This document shows, in pieces, positions 36,682 to 43,457 of a stretch of DNA of 64,000 nucleotides. Both the position numbers and the translations under genes were made by a program. Source of the stretch: Bacteroidota bacterium (GTDB lineage Bacteria > Bacteroidota > Bacteroidia > B-17B0 > Aurantibacillaceae); assembly GCA_030681615.1 (NCBI GenBank), contig JAUXSA010000138.1:7828-71827 (forward strand), written 5' to 3'. The notes under the pieces were generated by a model. That model ran no database searches, was not told the DNA's origin, and saw only the letters and a program-made list of their open reading frames with translations. Position 1 is the first letter of the stretch. Each line of letters starts with the position of its first letter.

Positions 36682-37263
36682 TTAACCTTTATCTTTCTCC
36701 AAAATCCTTGTCCTTAACCTGCTTAATGATTGTGGTTTTATGCCAAGGTAACTTGCTAACTGGTGTTGTGGCACACGCTGAATAAGGTCCGGTCTTTTTT
36801 GTAGTAAGTTCAGATAGCGTTGTTCAGGCGAGGAAGTCTTAAATTCATCAAAATCCATTCGTTGTTTAGCTAAAAGTTCTTCAGATAATATTCTGCATAC
36901 AGTTTCAAACTTTGGAAATTTACTGTTTACTTCTAATTCCATATCAGAATTTGAAACTGTAAGTATCGTGTCTTCTATACAACTTATATAAAAATCTGAC
37001 GGCGTTTTACTTATTACACAAGGGGGAGTAAAAGCTTCCATTTCTGTGTAGAAACCGGTAGTTTTTTCTTCACTATCTAAAACATAATATGTACGAATAC
37101 AGCCTTTTAGAACGAAGTAGCTATTTTTCGATTTTTGTCCTTCTTTAAGTAAAACAGTCCCTTTCTTTACAGAGTGAAATATGTCCAAAGAAACGATTAC
37201 GTTTTTCTCCTCTTCTGTAAGAGAAACGTATTTTGATATAAACTCAAATAGTATGTCTTGCAT
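36682..37263 (-). CDS. Crp/Fnr family transcriptional regulator (cNMP-binding domain plus HTH)
   Basis: 193 aa with a beta-roll region (..GTVLLKEGQKSKNSYFVLKGCIRTY..) and a C-terminal HTH (..HQLASYLGIKPQSLSRLR..). Confidence 0.8.
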   Translation of the reverse strand: MQDILFEFISKYVSLTEEEKNVIVSLDIFHSVKKGTVLLKEGQKSKNSYFVLKGCIRTYYVLDSEEKTTGFYTEMEAFTPPCVISKTPSDFYISCIEDTILTVSNSDMELEVNSKFPKFETVCRILSEELLAKQRMDFDEFKTSSPEQRYLNLLQKRPDLIQRVPQHQLASYLGIKPQSLSRLRTRILEKDKG

Positions 37264-37326
37264 TGTTTTTAGATGTTGTTATGTTTGTTATTGTCTTCTG
37301 TTACACTTGCCACCAATCTATAGCAA

Positions 37327-37440
37327 CTAGGCGCACCTTTTCTATTTATAAGCATTTGTATTAATTGTAAGTACTTATTATCACATATCAAAGATATAAA
37401 ATTAAGAGCAACAAAAAAGCCTTCCGGGTTCAAACGGAAG
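37327..37440. repeat. direct repeat copy 1 (terminator hairpin plus -7 box plus leader)
   Basis: Aligns with 40393-40497 with about six substitutions and one 9 bp indel (ttaattgta), by hand alignment. Weaker similarity continues toward the downstream start codons. Confidence 0.85.
37389..37396 (-). promoter_or_regulatory. -7 promoter box TAtcTTTG inside repeat copy 1 (upstream of the crp-like gene)
   Basis: The plus strand reads caaagata. It would give a leader of about 120 nt. Confidence 0.4.
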
Positions 37441-37447
37441 TTTTTTT
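37412..37447. terminator. bidirectional-looking hairpin terminator
   Basis: The stem cttccg / cggaag with loop ggttcaaa is flanked by A6 upstream and T7 downstream. Confidence 0.6.
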
Positions 37448-37474
37448 GGTTAAGCCTTACAGGGCAAATCTTAT

Positions 37475-38070
37475 TTAACTATAACTAATAAGCTGATTTT
37501 TTTTAGCTTGTCTGGCTGCCTTTCGCAAGTTGCGGGATTTTCTGTCCAGGTGATAACAACTTTTAATACAACTCCAACAAAATAATTTTGGTCGATAAAG
37601 GTGCGATTGTTTTGTTGTTAAGGGTCTACGAGTTTTAGAGATGTCAAAAACGCTATTCAGGGTAATTAGGTAGTTTATTTTTGAACTGTCAGTTGTCATT
37701 TTAATTGTGTGCCGAGAAACTTTTTGCTCGTTACCCATTGAGTAAATTTCAAACTCCTTTGTCTGCAAATATTTTTTGAGTGCCGATTTTAACTTTTTAA
37801 TGCGCTTGATCGTCAAATCCTCTGTCTCGGCGGTGTCACGCCAAATTACTAAACTATTAATATTTTCGTCAAAACGAGAAGCAATATATTTAAGGCAAGA
37901 GTCAAGCGAATAGGGCATGGAAGTGTAGTCTGTTGACTTGTGTTTAAATGAATACTAGGAAAAGTCATTTTAAGTTCACTTTGAATAAGTCTATCGATTT
38001 CCGATTCTTGTCCCTGAAGTTGAGTCGAGATGAAAAAAAGTAATATTATCAATTTAAAGAATGTCTGCAT
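37475..38070 (-). pseudogene. hypothetical secreted protein, possibly frameshifted (two overlapping ORFs)
   Basis: The 73 aa ORF (38070-37849) supplies a signal peptide. The 147 aa frame is open from just after a TAG at 37955-37957. Either two genes overlapping by about 70 nt or one gene with a frameshift. Confidence 0.3.
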
Positions 38071-38118
38071 ACTTTTTTACAAAGAGTTATTAAAATGGGA
38101 TTTGTCAGCCCCATTAGG

Positions 38119-38210
38119 ACTAACGGTTTAAGGCTTGGCAAAGTGGGGGATTAGAAGCACGAATGTTCAATTCAGCACTAATGCCCCCATTTTGCCAAAC
38201 CCTTGTTAGT
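38119..38210. repeat. 92 bp imperfect palindrome (attC-like/REP-like) immediately 3' of the metallo-beta-lactamase gene
   Basis: The terminal stem ACTAAC/GTTAGT pairs 38119-38124 with 38205-38210. Inside it are an asymmetric internal loop (10 vs 6 nt), a 15 bp stem pairing 38135-38149 with 38184-38198 (one G.T), a bulged G at 38183, 5 more bp, and a 23 nt loop. Confidence 0.8.
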
Positions 38211-38222
38211 GGTTCGTTGTTT

Positions 38223-38981
38223 TCATTTCGACTTAAATAATTTAATTGTATAATCAAGTAATTTACTATTTCCATATTCTCCGTGTCCTGGAACAACTAT
38301 TTGTACATTTGGATATTCCTTTTTCACTTTTTCAACTGTCTTTGACCAATTTGTTATGTTGGCATCGCCTAAATAGCCTTTTCCTGCTTTTAATTCTTTT
38401 ATTAAGCAACCGCCAAACATTATGTTCTCACTCGGGAAATAACCAACCACATTATCTTTTGTATGTCCTTCACCAAAAAATTTTGCAATAACAATTTTAT
38501 CGCCAACTTTTAGTGTAAGCGTATCTATAAAACCATTCTTGGGAACAACTAAATTATTTTCTTTTGCAAGTGCAATTGTTTTGACATTAGCATAGGAAGA
38601 AATATTGTTATCGTCAAATGCTTTTAGTCCGCCTAAACAATCATCGTGAAAATGTGTCGGAATAACTGCGTTGATTTTGCAATGAATTGTTTCTTTTATC
38701 CATTTAATTAATTCTTCTGCACTTTTGTCATTGGTTGGTGTGTCAAAAACAATTACTTCATTTTTATCTCTTACAATTAGTCCGTTGCAAGGTACGTTTC
38801 CAAAATCATTCGTTTGTTTATAAGATATATGTGTAAATGAATTTTCAGAAATTTGAGTTACAATTAAATTGTTGGTTTTGTATATTTCCTTTGATTTGAA
38901 TGCAAAATATTTTGTAGAGCTACAATTCAAAAGTGTTGTAGAGGTTACAATTATCAAGAGATATTTAAGGATGCCATGCAT
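38223..38981 (-). CDS. subclass B1 metallo-beta-lactamase (lipoprotein-type signal)
   Basis: All B1 zinc ligand motifs are present: THFHDDCLGG (H116/H118/D120), FGEGHTKDN (H196), MFGGCLIK (C221), VPGHGE (H263). Signal ..TTLLNCSS. The track start at 39002 overlaps the VOC gene; the ATG at 38981 lies 4 nt after its stop. Confidence 0.85.
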   Translation of the reverse strand: MHGILKYLLIIVTSTTLLNCSSTKYFAFKSKEIYKTNNLIVTQISENSFTHISYKQTNDFGNVPCNGLIVRDKNEVIVFDTPTNDKSAEELIKWIKETIHCKINAVIPTHFHDDCLGGLKAFDDNNISSYANVKTIALAKENNLVVPKNGFIDTLTLKVGDKIVIAKFFGEGHTKDNVVGYFPSENIMFGGCLIKELKAGKGYLGDANITNWSKTVEKVKKEYPNVQIVVPGHGEYGNSKLLDYTIKLFKSK

Positions 38982-38985
38982 TTCA

Positions 38986-39336
38986 TTATAGGTTTTGTCC
39001 AAAAGTCAATAAGTTATTGTCAGGGTCAAGTAATGCAAATTCCTTTTGTCCCCAAGGTTTTTTTTCTAAATGTCCATTAGGGTGAATGTTTATTTTTTTG
39101 TCGAGCAATGATTGATAAAGTTTGTCAATGTCGTTTGTTCTGATATAAACTTGTCCATAGTTTTCTTTTGGGTCAAGTTTCTTAAAGTCAAAAAAATGAA
39201 TTTCTATTTTGTCTTTTCCAACGATTAAATATTCGTCATATTCTCCAATTAGTTTAAAATTCAAATGGTTTGTGTAAAATTCTTTCGTCAAAAATTTGTC
39301 ACGCATTGGTAATTTTGGATTGATGTCTGTAAGCAT
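38986..39336 (-). CDS. bleomycin-resistance-protein-like VOC (glyoxalase/bleomycin resistance/dioxygenase superfamily) protein
   Basis: The 116 aa protein from the ATG at 39336 (MLTDINPKLP..) follows the BRP pattern, including ..KKPWGQKEFALLDPDNNLLTF. The track's TTG-extended N-terminus (to 39543) runs through a palindromic spacer and is rejected. Confidence 0.7.
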   Translation of the reverse strand: MLTDINPKLPMRDKFLTKEFYTNHLNFKLIGEYDEYLIVGKDKIEIHFFDFKKLDPKENYGQVYIRTNDIDKLYQSLLDKKINIHPNGHLEKKPWGQKEFALLDPDNNLLTFGQNL

Positions 39337-39404
39337 AATTTTTATTTTTTTTGTCAATTTTTGCCTGTCGGTGTCGTACGGTACAATGAACTTTAACGTT
39401 TTCG

Positions 39405-39558
39405 CGCTAAGCAACGGTTTGATTTGAAACATTGTCTGCCGAAACGCTACTAACAAAGATAAATGTTTAATGGACTTTTGCAAAGCGAAAATAAATGTCT
39501 TTCGCGGAGCGACCGCTTTTGCAAAAGCTTTGATGTCTGCCAAACTGTTTGCTTAGCG
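39405..39558. repeat. 154 bp compound palindromic element between the 257 aa ORF and the VOC gene
   Basis: The outer arms cgctaagcaacggtttg (39405-39421) and caaactgtttgcttagcg (39541-39558) pair over 17 bp with one bulged T and one G.T. The interior holds the palindromes gcttttgcaaaagc and ctttgcaaag and a gcgaaa/tttcgc hairpin. Confidence 0.75.
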
Positions 39559-39578
39559 TGTGTTATGTGCTGCCTAGT

Positions 39579-40352
39579 TTACTGTTTAGTAAGTCTCCAC
39601 ATTCCAAAAGGGTTTTCAAAAAACTCGTCACCTTTATTTGGTTGATTTAATTCATTTGAAATTTTATAAATTGGTGCGTCTGCCGCAATACTAAATGTCT
39701 GATTGTTTGCAATGGTTGGTTTATCAATTATTTGATAGTAGCCAAAAATTGATATTAAATTAACTGCACTTTGAAATTCTTCTCCAGAAACTATTGTGTC
39801 CTTATAACCTAAGTTATGCATTCCACAAGAATAGACGGTACCCATTGTATCAGATATAGAATCTAACACGAACATTTCGTATAGATTTGCAATTTCAAAT
39901 TTGTCAAAGAAGTTTAACCATTTAGTTTTCTCAAATGCTTTACCAGTTGTTTCAATTTTTACTGCAATTCCACCTGCTTTTAGCATTGCGTTTGTTGCAT
40001 ATGCAATATGTTCAGCGTCCTCTAAAGTTCCTGTTTCGGCAGATATATAAAGAACACTCTTATGATTTCCAACTTCATCTATACAATTTTGCGTCATTCG
40101 AGTAACACTTCCTGCAACTGAAAAAGCCTCCTGCATTTTAGGGTCTTTTTCACAGAAGTCTAAAGTGAAGAATTTATCACTTTTGTTATTCATTAAAATT
40201 TTTCCAGCTGCAATATAGTCGCCATTAGTTGCTGATACGATTGATAGAATAAATTCGTCCCAATTATTCCAATTTCCTGGAATACAAATTACAGTTGTAA
40301 AGGATGTCTTTATATTTTCTACGACAGGTGTCTTTTTTTTAAATGGCCACAT
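39579..40352 (-). CDS. hypothetical cytoplasmic protein
   Basis: 257 aa ORF with no signal peptide and no motif I can name. Confidence 0.55.
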   Translation of the reverse strand: MWPFKKKTPVVENIKTSFTTVICIPGNWNNWDEFILSIVSATNGDYIAAGKILMNNKSDKFFTLDFCEKDPKMQEAFSVAGSVTRMTQNCIDEVGNHKSVLYISAETGTLEDAEHIAYATNAMLKAGGIAVKIETTGKAFEKTKWLNFFDKFEIANLYEMFVLDSISDTMGTVYSCGMHNLGYKDTIVSGEEFQSAVNLISIFGYYQIIDKPTIANNQTFSIAADAPIYKISNELNQPNKGDEFFENPFGMWRLTKQ

Positions 40353-40392
40353 ATTTCCGTGATTGTCTGACTAGGTTACACATAACTAATCG

Positions 40393-40497
40393 CTAAGCGC
40401 ACTTTTTCCATTTATAAGCATTTGTAAGTACTTATTGTCACATATCAAAGATATAAAATTAAGGGCAACAAAAAAGCCTTCCGGGTTCAAACAGAAG
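40393..40497. repeat. direct repeat copy 2 (terminator hairpin plus -7 box plus leader)
   Basis: See 37327-37440. It contains the hairpin agccttc/gaaggct with a minus-strand T-run, and caaagata at 40446-40453. Confidence 0.85.
40446..40453 (-). promoter_or_regulatory. -7 promoter box TAtcTTTG inside repeat copy 2 (upstream of the 257 aa ORF)
   Basis: The plus strand reads caaagata. It would give a leader of about 90 nt. Confidence 0.4.
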
Positions 40498-40521
40498 GCT
40501 TTCATTTGAGGTATGAATAAA

Positions 40522-42735
40522 CTAGTTAATTGTTTTCCCTAAAAAATCAAGCATTATCAAATCCTCAAGTGTGTAACGTTTTCCGTCAATAAAACCAACT
40601 ATCCACGCATCTGTTTGGCCTTTGGCAATTGCTTTTTGTCTTTGTACTTCTGCTTCTTTAAGGGTCTTAAATTCTTTTTGTGTAAAGCGTGTAATACCGT
40701 CAGGGTAATTCACCACCTCTGCTTTACCAAATGTCTGTAGGTTCGGATATTTAAAGTTCTCCGGTTTTCTGTAAGCTCCAATTTGTACTTTAAAGATCAT
40801 ATTGCCTGCGCAATAATCGCCGGCCATGGCTAATAATTGTTTGTAGTAAGTAATGTCGTTTAACGATTTACCTTTTAGTGGACCAAAATCCGGTAATGTT
40901 TTATCAGAGCAGGGTGAAGTTGTAGTTGCTACAGTTGGTGTTTCTGTAATGGTAGGTGTAACAACGGCAACCGTTGGGGTCTCTGTTATGGTTGGCGTAA
41001 CAACTGCAACTGTTGGTGTAACTGCTACAGTAGGCGTTACCGCTACTGTTGGGTTTGTTGCTACTGCTGTTTGTGTACTTACCAAATAAAAATCTTTTGT
41101 GGTTTCCATGTACTCCTGCAAATTCACTATATCCACATCTTCTTCTACCGATTCATATTTATCTGCCGAAACTTTTATTCTATAAATAGCCCCAGGATTT
41201 AAAGTCGTTAAATATTTTCCGGTAGATGAGTTAGAATAATAAGTACCAATTACTAATTTACCATCGGTTCCAATTTCGTTATTCGATAACATTTCTAATT
41301 CTTCTTTACTGAACTGTTCTTTTTTAATTGAGCGGATAATTTCAATTTTCGCTTCCAGCGGTTGGTCGTTACCATACACTGTTCCTTTTAATAAAGCAAT
41401 AACCGGTTTTTTACCAAGTATTCCAGGCTCTACTGTATAAATATCGTTCTTACCTTTTCCGCCGGATGAAGAACGGTTAGAACTAAAATAACCTCTATCG
41501 CCTTTTGAATTAATTACATAATAACGATCATCTTCTGTTGAGTTTAACGGTAGACCCATACTTTGCGGTGCCTGCCATTCGCCAAGATTTTTAATGGTGA
41601 ACATAATATCGTAACCACCAATACTTTGATGACCTTTTGAACTGAAGAATAATGTTATACCATCGGGGTGAATAAAAGGAGCATCATCATCGTAAGGTGT
41701 ATTAATGATTGGTCCCATATTTTTTGCAGGCCCCCAATCGTTATTTATTTTTTCGCTTATCCATATATCCCTTCCGCCTAAGCCGCCACTGCGCTCACTG
41801 GCAAAATATAAGAATCTGCCATCTGCAGAAATAGAGCAAGAGCCTTCCCATTCAAACGAATTAATATTACCATTCAATAAAGTAGGTTTACTAAATTCAT
41901 CTCCAACTAATTTACTCATGGCAATATCGCCAGAGTTTTTAGCATCGCTATAAAAAGTAAATAAACTTTGTCCGTCGGGCGAAATGGCAATAGCGGCATC
42001 GTTACCTTTTGTATTAATGGCATCAATACCCTGTGGCTCGGTAAATAAACCATCGGGCCTTTTGTAAGAGATATAAACATCTTCATTATAACGTCCATCT
42101 AATTTATCGGGCTCAAGGTTCGAATTTAATTTACCACCAACAGAAAATTTTCCGCTGTAGGTAAAAAATAAAATAGATTCGTCAGTAGTAATTACGGGCA
42201 CATATTGTTCTTCTTCAGAATTTACGGGGTGCCCTATATTTTTAATATCTGCAATAACTTTATTCTGAATAAGGGATTTACCGTTTTTACAATTAATAAC
42301 TATTTGTTCGGCACTCTCAACCATTATTTTATCATCCTTTTTTATAGAAGAGGATCGGTCTTTTATAAATGCTTCAAGTAGGCTTATCGATTCATCGAAT
42401 TTATAATTTATGTGATAGGCTTTTCCTAAAAAATAATCGGCTTCGTAAAATCTTGGGTTATTCTTCTTTATTTCGGTAAAGATCTCAATAGCTCTTTCTT
42501 TTCTTTCTGGGTTTCTTAAACAGCAAATGCCTAATTTTAATTTGTAGTCGAACTCTTTTGGGTATTTTGAGTTTAAGGCGTCAAACAATTCATACGCTTT
42601 AACGTAATCTTCATCGTTTAATGCATTATAGGCATCTTCCTCCACTTCTTTTTTAGTTTTTGTTTGTGCTACCGCCGACAAAGTGCCTAAAAAAAGAAAC
42701 AAAATAACAAGTTGTAAATATTTGGTTCTCAACAT
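40522..42735 (-). CDS. TPR / PD40 (TolB-like beta-propeller) repeat protein with a Thr-Pro-Val linker and a C-terminal SPOR-like domain
   Basis: Signal peptide, TPR-like N-terminus, repeated ..SPDG..LFF.S.R.GG.GG.DI.. PD40 units, tandem PTVAVT / VVTPTITETPTVA repeats, and C-terminal ..FKVQIGAYRKPENF... Confidence 0.7.
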   Translation of the reverse strand: MLRTKYLQLVILFLFLGTLSAVAQTKTKKEVEEDAYNALNDEDYVKAYELFDALNSKYPKEFDYKLKLGICCLRNPERKERAIEIFTEIKKNNPRFYEADYFLGKAYHINYKFDESISLLEAFIKDRSSSIKKDDKIMVESAEQIVINCKNGKSLIQNKVIADIKNIGHPVNSEEEQYVPVITTDESILFFTYSGKFSVGGKLNSNLEPDKLDGRYNEDVYISYKRPDGLFTEPQGIDAINTKGNDAAIAISPDGQSLFTFYSDAKNSGDIAMSKLVGDEFSKPTLLNGNINSFEWEGSCSISADGRFLYFASERSGGLGGRDIWISEKINNDWGPAKNMGPIINTPYDDDAPFIHPDGITLFFSSKGHQSIGGYDIMFTIKNLGEWQAPQSMGLPLNSTEDDRYYVINSKGDRGYFSSNRSSSGGKGKNDIYTVEPGILGKKPVIALLKGTVYGNDQPLEAKIEIIRSIKKEQFSKEELEMLSNNEIGTDGKLVIGTYYSNSSTGKYLTTLNPGAIYRIKVSADKYESVEEDVDIVNLQEYMETTKDFYLVSTQTAVATNPTVAVTPTVAVTPTVAVVTPTITETPTVAVVTPTITETPTVATTTSPCSDKTLPDFGPLKGKSLNDITYYKQLLAMAGDYCAGNMIFKVQIGAYRKPENFKYPNLQTFGKAEVVNYPDGITRFTQKEFKTLKEAEVQRQKAIAKGQTDAWIVGFIDGKRYTLEDLIMLDFLGKTIN
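40918..41075. repeat. in-frame tandem repeats coding the Thr/Pro/Val linker
   Basis: Two units of about 39 bp (VVTPTITETPTVA) are followed by three units of about 18 bp (PTVAVT), by hand alignment. Confidence 0.75.
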
Positions 42736-42854
42736 TCGTTAAAATGGATTAATAATTCCCATAAAATTTGGAATAAATGCGCTTAATTGTTAGTAGTATG
42801 TTAAAAACTTATTAAGAAGAGGTTTTTAATAAGTCTAAAGATCCAAAAAGCTTG

Positions 42855-43457
42855 CTACCAGCTGCATTTGCAGGCAGGACTAAAGAAAATGGTGGTGTTT
42901 GGGAGCATGGATTGAATGTTATCCTGGTGAATTTGGGGGATAAGTATATTCCTAAGGTCCATCCTTTTAAGGTTGGTCAATTGTTTTAATGTCTCCGGAA
43001 AATATTCCAGGTTGTTACTCCAAAGGTCTGCAATTTCTAATTTTTCGAGTTCGCCAAAAGAATAAGGCAAACGGCCTATCTCGTTTTGATTAACATTTAA
43101 GTATTTTAAATTCTTTAAACCGCCAATACTATTAGGCAAACTTTCTAATCCTGTTTTGCTTACAATTAAAACCTGCAGTTTTTTTAAAAGGATAATAGAG
43201 TCGGGGAGTTCTTTAATGGAGTTTTTACTGAGATCGAGGTATTGAAGATTTTTAAATTTTAAAATTTGAGCGGGAAATGATTTATATTTTTTTTTGCGGA
43301 GAACAAGTTTCACTACTTTGTCCGGATCCCTGCGTGCGCTATCAAGATCTGTAAACTCATCATATATAGACAAAGCAGCTGAATCTAATAAATTTTCCTG
43401 CGCGGAGGCAGAAATTCCAATTAGAAAAATGGTCAATATTAAAAATATTTTTTTCAT
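42855..43457 (-). CDS. leucine-rich repeat protein (secreted)
   Basis: Signal peptide plus five or six LxxLxLxxNxLxxLP repeats (LQYLDLSKNSIKELPDSI and others). Confidence 0.75.
   Translation of the reverse strand: MKKIFLILTIFLIGISASAQENLLDSAALSIYDEFTDLDSARRDPDKVVKLVLRKKKYKSFPAQILKFKNLQYLDLSKNSIKELPDSIILLKKLQVLIVSKTGLESLPNSIGGLKNLKYLNVNQNEIGRLPYSFGELEKLEIADLWSNNLEYFPETLKQLTNLKRMDLRNILIPQIHQDNIQSMLPNTTIFFSPACKCSW

Noticed and set aside
38986-39543. The 185 aa version of the VOC ORF, starting at a TTG at 39543.
   Set aside because: The N-terminal 69 codons run through a highly palindromic spacer and do not look protein-like. An ATG at 39336 gives a 116 aa protein of canonical bleomycin-resistance-protein length.
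40853-41089. 78 aa plus-strand ORF rich in VGVT repeats.
   Set aside because: It is the antisense reading of the Thr-Pro-Val linker repeats of the 737 aa gene.
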